In this document: piece after piece, positions 28,793 through 38,361 of the stretch
Position numbering within the stretch: position 1 is the stretch's first letter
How the letters are laid out: every line of letters begins with the position of its first letter
NCBI GenBank assembly: GCA_964402715.1
Contig: CAYODJ010000007.1
Location: 1 to 64,000, forward strand
Direction of reading: 5' to 3'
DNA: 64,000 nucleotides
From: an uncultured Victivallaceae bacterium
GTDB taxonomy: Bacteria > Verrucomicrobiota > Lentisphaeria > Victivallales > Victivallaceae
Made by a program: the position numbers and the translations under genes
Notes under the pieces: model-generated
Told to the model about the DNA's origin: nothing
Database searches by the model: none
The model's input: the letters and a program-made list of their open reading frames with translations, nothing else

Positions 28793-29025
28793 CGCTGGCA
28801 ATCCCACGGATTAAAGATAACGCCGCAATTCGCTTTTTCAATGCTTCGGGCCGCGATTTCGGCCGCGACGGATCGCCGGAATCTTTCGCGCACGGCGGAT
28901 GTGCGCAACTGGACATGCGGCGCCGCGCGGAGTATATTGTCGCATGCACGGGCGCGCGACGCGGCGATCTCCTGCGGAGTGCGCACGGGGGGACGGCGGA
29001 TTCGGACGCGTTCCGTTTCCCGGGG

Positions 29026-29805
29026 ATGAACGGAGGAGAAGCTCTGTTGGAGCAGTTCGGCGTCAGGTTTGCGGGCGAAAGCAACCGCGGTCTGGTGATG
29101 GAGCGCAACGAAGATAATTTCTTCTGGGTGGCGCGCCGCGGCGACCGCGCCGCGCTGGCGGCGGTGGCGGACGGCGTCGGCGGCTGCAGGGAGGGGGACG
29201 TGGCGAGCTTCGTCTGCTGCCGCAGAATGCTGGGCGCATGGCAGAAACTGGATACCGGACGTCTGACTCCCGACGGCGCCGCGGATTTTCTGCGGCGCGT
29301 GCTCGACGACGTCAACGCGGAGTTCTGCGAACACAACTGCGGCGTGCGGGACGGGACGTCGCTGGCCACCACCGTCGCGGCGGCGGTTTTCTTCTCCGAG
29401 GACGTGGTGATCGCGCATGCCGGAGACAGCAGGGTCTACCGGTATCTTCCCGGAGAGGGACTGGCGCAGCTGACGGAGGATCACTCTCTGCAGGCCGTGA
29501 TGGACAGGGGGGGGCCGGACGCGCCGCTGCCCGCCGGAGCTTCCGGCAACTGGCTCTACCGCTCCGTCGGCTCGCGGCGCAGGCTGCGGCTGGATTCGGT
29601 GAAGCTGCCGAGGGCTCCGCTGAGCCGTTATCTGCTGTGCTCGGACGGGATATCGCGCAGTCTGGACGCCGGCGAGATCTCCGGCGCGCTGCGCGATTCC
29701 GACGATCCGGCCGCCGCCGTGAACAGGCTGATGCGGGCGGCGCTGCTCGCCGGCGGCCGCGACAACATCACGCTGATCTGCGCGTTTCCCGGCCGCGGGC
29801 GCTGA
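29026..29805 (+). CDS. PP2C-family Ser/Thr protein phosphatase
   Basis: FAGESNRGLVMERNEDNF...AVADGVGG...HAGDSRVY...CSDG PP2C motifs. Divergent from pyrR. Confidence 0.7.
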   Translation: MNGGEALLEQFGVRFAGESNRGLVMERNEDNFFWVARRGDRAALAAVADGVGGCREGDVASFVCCRRMLGAWQKLDTGRLTPDGAADFLRRVLDDVNAEFCEHNCGVRDGTSLATTVAAAVFFSEDVVIAHAGDSRVYRYLPGEGLAQLTEDHSLQAVMDRGGPDAPLPAGASGNWLYRSVGSRRRLRLDSVKLPRAPLSRYLLCSDGISRSLDAGEISGALRDSDDPAAAVNRLMRAALLAGGRDNITLICAFPGRGR

Positions 29806-29940
29806 CGCGCCTCCGGCGTCCGGAGCACCGGACGGATCGCGCGCCGCGCCGCTCTCCGCGTTTGAAAAAAGGGCGACGCCGTGTTATCCTAATAGGTTTC
29901 GATCTGCGGCTGAAATTTACGTTTAGAGGAAATTTTCCCG

Positions 29941-31125
29941 ATGAAAGATCTCCGATCCTCACGTGGGTTCATGTGTCACATGACTCCGACCGCCACTCTG
30001 GCCATCAGCGCGAAGGCGAAGGAGCTGCGGGCTCAGGGCAGAGACATCTGCAGCATGAGCGCCGGCGAGCCGGATTTCGACACTCCCGAGGCGATCAAGA
30101 ACGCCTGCATCGAGGCGCTGAGAGCCGGCAAGGTGACCTACACCCCGGTCAGCGGGCTGACGGAACTCCGGCGTCTGGTGGCGGACAAGTTCGTGCGCGG
30201 CAACGGCATCGAGACCAGCTGGGAGCGGACGGTGGTGGCTCCCGGCGCGAAATTCTCCGTCTTCAGCGCGGTGGCGGCTCTGTGCGGACAGGGGGACGAG
30301 GTGATTCTGCCCTCGCCCTACTGGCTGAGTTATCCGGAAATGATCCGCGCCGCCGGAGCCAGGGTGGTGGAGTTGCCGACCAGGGCGGAGAACGGCTACG
30401 AAATCGATCCCGCCGAACTGGAGCGGGCGATCACCGGCAGCACCCGTCTGCTGATTCTCAACACGCCGTCCAATCCCACCGGAGCCGTGTACCGCAGGGA
30501 TACGCTGGAAAAAATCGCGGAAGTCGCGGTGCGCAGAAACATCATGGTCATCGCCGACGAAATCTATGAACGGCTGGTGTACGACGCGGACAGACCGCAC
30601 GTCAGCATCGCCAGTCTCGGATCCGAAATCAACGAACGCACGGTCACCGTCAACGGCTTCAGCAAGACCTACGCGATGACGGGTTGGCGTCTCGGATACC
30701 TGACCGCGCCGCTCTGGCTGGCGGGAAGAATCATCGCCTTCCAGAGTCACACGACCAGCAACGCCACCACGTTCGCCCAGTACGGGGCGATTGCCGCGCT
30801 CCGGGGGGAGGCGGACGCCGAGGTGGAGTCGATGCGCAGGGCGTTCGCGGCGCGGCGCGACCTGATCTACGATCTGGCGAGCGCCATTCCCGGCGTGAAG
30901 TGCGCGAGGCCCCGGGGGGCGTTTTATCTGCTTTGCGACGTAAGTTCGTTCGGTCTGACTGCGGAGAAGTTCTGCGACCGCCTGCTGTCCGAGTTCGATC
31001 TGGCGGCGGTTCCCTGCGGGGCTTTCGGCGCGGAAGGAGCCATCCGCCTGTCCTACGCGTGTTCGGAGGACAACATCCGGACCGCCATGGACAGACTGGC
31101 CGCGATGTGCGGCGGGATGAGGTGA
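29941..31125 (+). CDS. aspC: Aspartate/aromatic aminotransferase (class I PLP-dependent)
   Basis: GEPDFDTP, NTPSNPTG, and SKTYAMTGWRLGY with the PLP lysine. Confidence 0.8.
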   Translation: MKDLRSSRGFMCHMTPTATLAISAKAKELRAQGRDICSMSAGEPDFDTPEAIKNACIEALRAGKVTYTPVSGLTELRRLVADKFVRGNGIETSWERTVVAPGAKFSVFSAVAALCGQGDEVILPSPYWLSYPEMIRAAGARVVELPTRAENGYEIDPAELERAITGSTRLLILNTPSNPTGAVYRRDTLEKIAEVAVRRNIMVIADEIYERLVYDADRPHVSIASLGSEINERTVTVNGFSKTYAMTGWRLGYLTAPLWLAGRIIAFQSHTTSNATTFAQYGAIAALRGEADAEVESMRRAFAARRDLIYDLASAIPGVKCARPRGAFYLLCDVSSFGLTAEKFCDRLLSEFDLAAVPCGAFGAEGAIRLSYACSEDNIRTAMDRLAAMCGGMR

Positions 31126-31173
31126 CCGCGTCCGCGCGGCGTGACGCGCGGGCCGAAAGGGGAGTGCGACTGG

Positions 31174-31632
31174 ATGAGACTGCTTTTGCCGTTTTTCGCG
31201 CTGCTGGCGTCCGCCTGCGCGGGTCTCGCGGGATGCAGAGCCGCCGAAGGCTCCGCCGCCGCGCGTCCGCAGCCGTCCATGGATCTGGCCGATCATGAGG
31301 AGTCCCGCGGGTTCGGAATCAGATGCGGGGAGGAAATTCTCGCCGGATTCAAGGAGGGGGACTACGGGAAGGTGTCGCGGAATCTTCCCGAGGAGCTGCA
31401 GCGGCGCCTGACCGAGCGGCGCTTCGAGGAGGTGCGCGGCGGCGTCGGCGTGATCACGGGGTACGAGTTCCTGACGGAGCTGCGCAATCCGTGGTCGGCC
31501 CGTTTTTTGTGGAAAGTCGGGGTGAAGACGGAAAACGGGGACGGCGCGGAGGCGGCCGGCGATCTGCTCTTTTCGCTGGGCGTCGTCAAGAAGGACGGCC
31601 GTTACCAGGTCTCGTCCTGCGTCTTCAACTGA
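31174..31632 (+). CDS. Lipoprotein, unknown function
   Basis: Signal peptide with lipobox MRLLLPFFALLASACAGLAGC. Confidence 0.45.
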   Translation: MRLLLPFFALLASACAGLAGCRAAEGSAAARPQPSMDLADHEESRGFGIRCGEEILAGFKEGDYGKVSRNLPEELQRRLTERRFEEVRGGVGVITGYEFLTELRNPWSARFLWKVGVKTENGDGAEAAGDLLFSLGVVKKDGRYQVSSCVFN

Positions 31633-31793
31633 CGCGGATTCCCGCGGGCGCGGAGAATGTTTCTCGTTCTCCTTCTCCGGACGCCGGCGGGCCGCGCGCC
31701 GGCGGAGATCGCCCTCCGCCGGGGATGAACGCGTGTCGGTGTTCCGTCCGGATGGCCGACGGTGAACCTTAACTGACGGGAGTGTTATTGAAA

Positions 31794-32828
31794 ATGATGA
31801 TCACGGCTGGAAAAATCGCGGAAGTCGTCAACGGGGAGCTGCTCGGCCGCGCGGAGCGGGAGATCACCGGCGTCGCCTCTCTGAAGGACGCCGACGAGCG
31901 GCAGGTGTCGTTTCTCGGCAACAGAAAATACCGGCATCAGCTCGGCGATTCGCGGGCGGGCGTCGTGCTGGTGCCGCGCGACATGGCCGGCGAGGAGCGC
32001 GGCGACAAGACTTTCATCGTGTGCGAGAACGTCGACCTGTCTTTCAGTCGGACGATCATGCTGTTCGCGCCGCCGCCGGTCCGCTTCGCGCCGGGGATTC
32101 ATCCGACCGCCGCAGTGGATCCCGGTGCCAGGATCGGACGCGACGTGCACATCGGCGCCAACGCGGTGATCGAGGCGGGCGCGGAAATAGGGGACGGGAC
32201 GGTCGTCGCCGCGGGATGCTACATCGGCCACGACGTGAAGATCGGCGCCCAGTGCGTGATCTACCCGAACGTGACGGTGATGTACCGCTGCGTCATCGGC
32301 AACAAAGTGGTGCTCCATCCGGGAGTGGTGATCGGAGCCGACGGTTTCGGTTTCATACCGACGGCGAACGGACTGGTCAAGGTGCCGCAGACGGGAATCG
32401 TCCGGATCGACGACGACGTCGAAATCGGCGCCAACACCACGGTGGACCGTGCGCGGTTCGACAAGACGTGGATCAAGTCCAACGTCAAGATCGACGATCA
32501 GGTGATGGTGGCGCACAACGTCGTGGTCGGCGAGAGCTCCATCCTGGTCGCTCAGAGCGGGATCGCCGGCAGCGCGACGCTCGGCCGCGGGGTGATCCTG
32601 GCGGCGAAGGCGGGCGTCAACGGTCACATAACGCTGGGCGACGGCGTGCACGTGGCGGGTACGTCCGGCGTGGTCAAGAGCCTGCCGGCGGGCTCCGTCG
32701 CGGTCGGAACCCCGGCGGAGAGCCAGCGTGAATTCATGGCGCGGCACACGCTGCCGAGCCGGTTCGAGAAACTCGCGGCGAAGGTCAAGGAGCTGGCGGC
32801 GAAGCTGGAGGCTGCGGGGATAAAGTGA
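31794..32828 (+). CDS. lpxD: UDP-3-O-(3-hydroxyacyl)glucosamine N-acyltransferase
   Basis: N-terminal LpxD domain plus extensive left-handed beta-helix hexapeptide repeats and a C-terminal helical tail. The track start 31782 is a GTG; ATG is at 31794. Confidence 0.8.
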   Translation: MMITAGKIAEVVNGELLGRAEREITGVASLKDADERQVSFLGNRKYRHQLGDSRAGVVLVPRDMAGEERGDKTFIVCENVDLSFSRTIMLFAPPPVRFAPGIHPTAAVDPGARIGRDVHIGANAVIEAGAEIGDGTVVAAGCYIGHDVKIGAQCVIYPNVTVMYRCVIGNKVVLHPGVVIGADGFGFIPTANGLVKVPQTGIVRIDDDVEIGANTTVDRARFDKTWIKSNVKIDDQVMVAHNVVVGESSILVAQSGIAGSATLGRGVILAAKAGVNGHITLGDGVHVAGTSGVVKSLPAGSVAVGTPAESQREFMARHTLPSRFEKLAAKVKELAAKLEAAGIK

Positions 32829-32863
32829 TCCCCGCGCCGGCGCGTCCGCCGGAATTGCGGAAA

Positions 32864-34150
32864 ATGCGGATCCGGTGTGCATTCTGTGCGGCGTGCGCCG
32901 CCGTTATTCTCTCCTCTTCTCCGCGCGCGTCGGCGGTCGATGGCGCGGTTCAGGACGACGCTCTGCGCGCGGCGGCGCTGCGGGGAGAGGCGGACGCGCA
33001 GCTGCGGCTCGGGAACGAGTTCTTCCACGGCCGCGGCCGGGCGAAGAACGCCGGGCTCGCGGTCTACTGGTACAGGAAAGCGGCCGCCGCCGGCAACGCG
33101 GAGGCCCGCTACAATCTCGGCGTATGCATGGAGAACGGCGCCGGGGTCTCCGCCTCCAGGGCTGGAGCCTACCGGGAGTACGCGCGCGCTGCGGAGCTCG
33201 GTCTCGCCCCGGCGAGATTCCGGCAGGCGATGCTCCTTCTCACGGGAGTGCCGCCGGAGTCGCGGCAGGACGGGGCGTCCGGCGTGAGCGCCGACCCGGA
33301 GCAGGCGAAAGCCTGGCTGCGGGAGCTCTCGGACTCCGGATTCATGCCCGCCAGACGCGAACTGGCGGCGCTGACGCTGGACAAGAACCCGGAGGAGCGC
33401 GATCCCGGGGAGTTGAAGGAGGCTCTGGCGCTGCTTGAGGACGCGGCGGCGGCGGGAGACGCGGGCGCCATGCGCCTTCTCGCCGACTGCTGCTACGGAG
33501 GCATCGGCATGGAGAAGGACCATCGTCGCATGCTGGTCCTGCTGCAGAAAGCCGCCGGACTGGGCGACGCCGAGGCGGCCGGCAAGCTGGCCTACTGCTA
33601 CGAAAACGGAGTCGGGGTCGAGGCCGACGAGAAGAAGGCTTTCCAGTGGCTGCGTGTCGCGGCGGACGCCGGGCTGGCGATGGCCGTGGCGAAGCTCGGC
33701 GAGTATTACTGGAACGGGAGGCAGGTTCCGCAGGACGTGCCGAAGGCGGTGGAGCTCTACCGCGCGGCCGCCGAACTCGGAAACGGCTACGCGCTGTTCA
33801 GGCTCGGCGTGTGCGCGGCCGAGGGCATCGGCCTGGCGCGGAGCGATCAGGACGCGTTCCGTTATTTTCTTCAATCCGCCAGGAAGGGGGATGTGAACGG
33901 CCAGATAAACCTGGCCCTGGCGTACCGCGGCGGACAGGGGCAGGCCGCCGACCCCGGAGCCGCCGCCTACTGGTTCCGGCGCGCGGCGGAGCAGGGAAGC
34001 GTCAGAGCCATGCGGGAGTACGGTCTCTGTCTGATTTCAGGCAACGGGGTCAGGCGTGATCTCCGTCAGGGGCTGAGTCTGCTGCAGCGAGCCGCCGACG
34101 CGGGCGACACGGAGGCCCGCAGACTGCTCGACGCGGCGGTTTCCCCGTGA
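32864..34150 (+). CDS. Secreted Sel1-like repeat (SLR) protein
   Basis: Signal peptide, then about ten 36-aa Sel1 repeats (A.YNLG.CY.NG.GV..D..KA..W..KAAEQG). Confidence 0.7.
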   Translation: MRIRCAFCAACAAVILSSSPRASAVDGAVQDDALRAAALRGEADAQLRLGNEFFHGRGRAKNAGLAVYWYRKAAAAGNAEARYNLGVCMENGAGVSASRAGAYREYARAAELGLAPARFRQAMLLLTGVPPESRQDGASGVSADPEQAKAWLRELSDSGFMPARRELAALTLDKNPEERDPGELKEALALLEDAAAAGDAGAMRLLADCCYGGIGMEKDHRRMLVLLQKAAGLGDAEAAGKLAYCYENGVGVEADEKKAFQWLRVAADAGLAMAVAKLGEYYWNGRQVPQDVPKAVELYRAAAELGNGYALFRLGVCAAEGIGLARSDQDAFRYFLQSARKGDVNGQINLALAYRGGQGQAADPGAAAYWFRRAAEQGSVRAMREYGLCLISGNGVRRDLRQGLSLLQRAADAGDTEARRLLDAAVSP

Positions 34151-34242
34151 TTTCGGCCGTCGGGTCTTGGCAATGCGCGGACGACGGTATACATTAACCC
34201 GGCGGCGGACTTGTCCCGCGCCGCGTACAGGAGCAGCGTCTT

Positions 34243-34827
34243 TTGAACACATTTAAAATTCTGTCGTTATTGTCCGGCGCACTGGCGGCGGCGTTGTCCG
34301 TGGCCGGCTGCACGTCGCACGTCCTCGTGTCGGAGGTGCTGCAGCAGCCGGTCGACGCCCCGGTCTACACGAAGTTCAACCTCTGGTACTCCGACCCGTC
34401 GGACATCCCGTCGGCGAACGTGCAGCAGGGACTTTTCCTGCCGGCCGGCACCGAGGTGACGCCGGAGTCGGCCACGGAGGACGAGCTGGTTTTTTCGGAC
34501 GGGAGCGGCGCGCGTTACACGATTTCGTTCGATCCGGGCATGCACATGTGCCCCATGCGCGAATTCATCCGCATGTTCCTGACGCTGGATCCTCCGGAGA
34601 AGCTGTTCGAGGAGGTGCGTCCGGAGTTCTTCCCGTACATCCAGAGGGGCGAGGTGGTGCCGGGCATGTCGAGGCAGGAGGTGCTGCTGTCCTACGGTCC
34701 TCCTCCCGCGTGCCGGACGCCGAGTCTGCGCAACGAGACGTGGATCTACTGGATCGCGCCCGATCAGACCATCAGGGTGGTGTTCCGCAACGACAGGGTG
34801 CGCAACATCGTCAACGTAAATGAATGA
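34243..34827 (+). CDS. Lipoprotein, unknown function (TTG start as called by the track)
   Basis: Lipobox LSVAGC; SD AGGAG 10 nt upstream of TTG 34243. Confidence 0.4.
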   Translation: MNTFKILSLLSGALAAALSVAGCTSHVLVSEVLQQPVDAPVYTKFNLWYSDPSDIPSANVQQGLFLPAGTEVTPESATEDELVFSDGSGARYTISFDPGMHMCPMREFIRMFLTLDPPEKLFEEVRPEFFPYIQRGEVVPGMSRQEVLLSYGPPPACRTPSLRNETWIYWIAPDQTIRVVFRNDRVRNIVNVNE

Positions 34828-34846
34828 AGGCGGGGCCGGTTCCGGA

Positions 34847-35119
34847 TCACTCGGAGTCTTCGCCCTGGGGCGTCGCGTCCGGAGTGAAGTCCTGCCACTC
34901 GCCCGACTGCCCGTCGTCCTTGGAGAGGATCTTGATTTTCCGTTCCATGGCGCCGAGCCGGGCGCGGCAGAGGTTCAGCAGACGGCTGCCGGTCTCGTAG
35001 TCGGAGATCATGTTTTCCAGCGGCAGATTGCCGCTTTCCATTTTCGCAACGAGTTGCTGAAGGCGGGAGATTGCTTCCTCGAATGTCAGTTTTTCGAATT
35101 CCTTATTCGTCGCGGTCAT
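34847..35119 (-). CDS. xseB: Exodeoxyribonuclease VII small subunit
   Basis: FEEAISRLQQLVAKMESGNLPLE...LLNLCRARL, a typical XseB. ATG 35119 has SD AAGGAG. No xseA is present in the window. Confidence 0.7.
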   Translation of the reverse strand: MTATNKEFEKLTFEEAISRLQQLVAKMESGNLPLENMISDYETGSRLLNLCRARLGAMERKIKILSKDDGQSGEWQDFTPDATPQGEDSE

Positions 35120-35214
35120 GTCTCGCTTCTCCTTGATTTCAATGCAGGGCGGGGGAAAGCTACCGCCGCCGCGTCTCTTTGTCAAGTGGATCACCGGGGA
35201 TTTTGCAGGAGATC

Positions 35215-36600
35215 ATGAAAAAGGCAGATTCCGCGCAGCGTGAGAACGGCGCGTCCGGCGACATGGTGTTCGCGGTCAGTCTGGGATGTCCCAAGAACCT
35301 GGTGGACACCGAGGTCATGATGGGATCTCTGTCCGCTTCTGGATACCGGCTGACGCTCGACGCGGAGGCGGCCTCCGTCTATCTGATCAACACCTGCGCC
35401 TTTCTGCCGGAGGCGCGGGAGGAGGCCTACGGCGCCATCCGCGACGCGGTCCGCTGGAAGAAGCGCGGAGCCGGCCGCCGCATCGTGGTGGCCGGCTGTC
35501 TGCCGGAGAGGGAGAGGGACGGTTCGCTGCGCGCCCGGTTCCCGCAGGTGGACTTCTGGACGAGGGTGGACGCGATACCGCGGCTGGCCGCGACGCTCGG
35601 CGGCGCCGCGCCGCCGGAATGCGGAGGTCCGCCGGAGTTCATGGCGGATCACACCATGCCGCGGCTGCTGCTGACGATGAGACATGTGGCCTATCTCAAG
35701 ATTGCGGACGGATGCGACAACCGCTGCGCCTACTGTTCGATCCCGGGAATCCGGGGGAGGCTGAGAAGCCGTCCCGCCGCGTCGGTGCTGCTCGAGGCGC
35801 ACCGTCTGATCGAGAGGGGCGTGCGCGAGCTGGTGGTGGTGGCGCAGGACGTCACCGCCTACGGACATGATCGCCCGGCGGACGGGGAGAATCTCGCATG
35901 TCTGATCCGCGCCCTGGACGCGCTGGACGGAGACTTCCGCGTGAGGCTGCTCTACACGCATCCGGCGCATTACACGGCGGATTTCATAAGGGCGGTCGCC
36001 GGAAGCGGGCATGTGACGCCGTATCTCGACATCCCGCTGCAGCACATCAACGACGGGATTCTCCGCAGGATGGGCCGCGGGGCCGGCCGCCTCCGCGTGG
36101 AGAAACTTCTGCGGACGCTGCGGGACAGCATCCCCGGACTGGTGCTGCGCACCACGTTCATCGCGGGACTTCCGGGGGAGACGGACGCGGAATTCGAGGA
36201 ACTGGCCGCGTTCATGCGGGAACAGCGTTTCGAGAGATGCGGAATTTTCATCTTCTCCCCGGAGGAGGGGACGCCTGCGGCGGCGATGCCGCGGCAGGTG
36301 CCTTTCGAGGTCGCGGCGGAACGCGGCAGAGAGCTGATGCGGATGCAGCGGAAAATCATGCTGTCCCGCAACCGCGAGTGGATCGGCCGCACCGACCGCG
36401 TGCTGGTCGACGCCGTCGAAGGAGACATGGCGTTCGGCAGGGGGACCGCGGACGCGCCGGACATAGACGACCGCGTGGTGATTTCTGACGGCGGAGGCTT
36501 GAAAGCCGGAAATTTTTATGATATAGTCATAACCGGGGCGGACGCGTATGAATTCCGCGGCCGCCGCAGGACCGGGACGGACGGAGACGGCGCTGACTGA
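35215..36600 (+). CDS. rimO: Ribosomal protein S12 methylthiotransferase RimO (radical-SAM MTTase with TRAM domain)
   Basis: VSLGCPKNLVDTE N-terminal MTTase motif, radical-SAM CDNRCAYC, C-terminal TRAM. Confidence 0.65.
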   Translation: MKKADSAQRENGASGDMVFAVSLGCPKNLVDTEVMMGSLSASGYRLTLDAEAASVYLINTCAFLPEAREEAYGAIRDAVRWKKRGAGRRIVVAGCLPERERDGSLRARFPQVDFWTRVDAIPRLAATLGGAAPPECGGPPEFMADHTMPRLLLTMRHVAYLKIADGCDNRCAYCSIPGIRGRLRSRPAASVLLEAHRLIERGVRELVVVAQDVTAYGHDRPADGENLACLIRALDALDGDFRVRLLYTHPAHYTADFIRAVAGSGHVTPYLDIPLQHINDGILRRMGRGAGRLRVEKLLRTLRDSIPGLVLRTTFIAGLPGETDAEFEELAAFMREQRFERCGIFIFSPEEGTPAAAMPRQVPFEVAAERGRELMRMQRKIMLSRNREWIGRTDRVLVDAVEGDMAFGRGTADAPDIDDRVVISDGGGLKAGNFYDIVITGADAYEFRGRRRTGTDGDGAD

Positions 36601-36618
36601 AGCTCTCGAGGACGACGG

Positions 36619-37236
36619 ATGAATTTGCCGAACATACTGACGATGGGGCGGATAGTGGTGGTGATGATATTCGTCGTCCTTGCGGCCAACGCGGGCAAGG
36701 TCTTCTTCCCCGACGGAAACATGCCGGACAGGATTCTGATCATCCGCATGAGCGCCTACACGCTGGCGATTCTGGCCGGCGTGACCGACCTTCTGGACGG
36801 CTACCTCGCCAGGAAGTGGAAGCAGACCACCGACTTCGGCGCACTGATGGATCCTCTGGCGGACAAGATATTCATCACGGCGACGATGCTGATGGCGGTC
36901 GAATATCAGCTGATGGCCGCGTGGATAGCCGTGCTGGTGATCAGCCGCGAGTTCATGGTGACCGGGCTGCGGACGATCGCCGCCAGACGCGGAATCGTCA
37001 TTCCGGCGGATCGCTGGGGGAAACTGAAGACTTCCCTGCAGATGCTGATGCTGGCGTTGGCCGGGGCGTCGTGGGTCGGCTGGTTCGATCTGCACCGCAC
37101 GGTGGTCGCGGGAATCCGTCTGTGGAACATCTGGATGATTTTCCTCATCGGGGTCGTGTCGGTGACGGTGTTCTCCGGCGTCGGCTACTTCGTCCGCTAC
37201 CGCGGCGTCTACATGGGCGACTCCGGGAGCGCCTGA
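36619..37236 (+). CDS. pgsA: CDP-diacylglycerol--glycerol-3-phosphate 3-phosphatidyltransferase
   Basis: CDP-alcohol phosphatidyltransferase motif DGYLAR...GALMDPLADK. Confidence 0.8.
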   Translation: MNLPNILTMGRIVVVMIFVVLAANAGKVFFPDGNMPDRILIIRMSAYTLAILAGVTDLLDGYLARKWKQTTDFGALMDPLADKIFITATMLMAVEYQLMAAWIAVLVISREFMVTGLRTIAARRGIVIPADRWGKLKTSLQMLMLALAGASWVGWFDLHRTVVAGIRLWNIWMIFLIGVVSVTVFSGVGYFVRYRGVYMGDSGSA

Positions 37237-37419
37237 CACGCCCGCCGGCGCCGGCCGGCGGTTTCCTCCCGTGTTTTTTTTTCAGCGTCTTCTTCTTCGC
37301 GCCGCCGCCGCGGACGCGGTGTTCGGACAGTTGCAATGATGCGGTTGTTGAGCTAAATTAGTGGAATTCTGTGTCGTGACTTCTTGTTTTTGCACAGTAT
37401 ATCACACGGAGTGGAAGCG

Positions 37420-38331
37420 ATGGATGTGACGCTGCTGGTGCTCGCCGCCGGCATGGGCAGCCGGTACGGCGGCCTGAAGCAACTGGAGCGGGTCGGACCG
37501 TCGGGCGAGACGCTGATGGACTACTCCGTGTACGACGCGGTCCGCGCCGGCTTCGCCAGGGTGGTGTTCGTCATCAGGAAGGACATGGAGCGGGAATTCT
37601 GCGGCGCGGTGCTCGACAGGTACGCGGGCGCGGTCGACGTCGCTTACGTGTTTCAGTCGCCGGACGATCTTCCCGGCGGCTTCTCCGCGCCCGCGGGGCG
37701 CGTCAAGCCGTGGGGGACGGGACAGGCCGTCTACGCGGCCAGGAAGGCGCTGAACGGGCCTTTCGCCGTGATCAATGCGGACGACTTCTACGGGGCGGAG
37801 AGTTTTTCAAAACTGGCCTCGCATCTGAGAAACTGCAGACAGGACGCGCCGGTCGACTGCTGCATGTGCGGCTTCACCATGAGGAACACGCTGTCTCCGA
37901 ACGGTCCGGTGTCCAGGGGCATCTGCCGCGTGGACCGGGAGTGGAATCTGATCGGCGTCACGGAGCACACGAAACTGGCGGAGAGCGGGCCGGGAACGGT
38001 CGTGAGCAGTCTGCCGGACGGAGGCGAGGAGCTCTTCACCGGGGACGAGATCGTGTCGATGAACTGCTGGGGTTTCGCGCCGTCGCTGTTCGACGGGCTG
38101 GAGCGGCTGCTGTCGGAGTTTCTGAGGAGGCACGGAACGGAACCCGGGCGCGAGTTCTACATTCCGGACGCGGTCGCGGATCTGATCGCCGACAGGAGCG
38201 CGTCGGTGCGCGTGCTGCCCACCGGGGGGAAATGGCTGGGCGTCACCTACAGGGAGGATCTTCCCCGGGCGTCGGCGGAGATTCGGCGGCTGGTTTCCGC
38301 CGGAGTCTACCCGGACAGGCTGTTTTCATAA
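37420..38331 (+). CDS. Sugar-1-phosphate nucleotidylyltransferase (NTP-transferase domain, MurU/GlmU-N-like)
   Basis: LVLAAGMGSRYGGLKQL Gly-rich NTP-transferase loop. Confidence 0.6.
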   Translation: MDVTLLVLAAGMGSRYGGLKQLERVGPSGETLMDYSVYDAVRAGFARVVFVIRKDMEREFCGAVLDRYAGAVDVAYVFQSPDDLPGGFSAPAGRVKPWGTGQAVYAARKALNGPFAVINADDFYGAESFSKLASHLRNCRQDAPVDCCMCGFTMRNTLSPNGPVSRGICRVDREWNLIGVTEHTKLAESGPGTVVSSLPDGGEELFTGDEIVSMNCWGFAPSLFDGLERLLSEFLRRHGTEPGREFYIPDAVADLIADRSASVRVLPTGGKWLGVTYREDLPRASAEIRRLVSAGVYPDRLFS

Positions 38332-38361
38332 ATTTCTGCGACAGACGTGCGGGATTGCGGC

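Noticed and set aside
28793-28920. Search for a canonical PyrR-binding anti-antiterminator loop upstream of pyrR
   Set aside because: No UCCAGAGAGGCU-like motif found by eye on the minus strand. Only a short GGCCG/CGGCC hairpin is present.
28176-29372. N-terminal 400 aa of the 709-aa ORF 27243-29372
   Set aside because: Real pyrB starts at ATG 28175. The upstream part overlaps pyrR in another frame and is antisense to the PP2C gene. Arg/Pro-rich artefact.
29959-31296. 445-aa minus-strand ORF
   Set aside because: Antisense to aspC.
35191-37239. 682-aa minus-strand ORF
   Set aside because: Antisense to rimO and pgsA. His/Arg-rich low-complexity translation.
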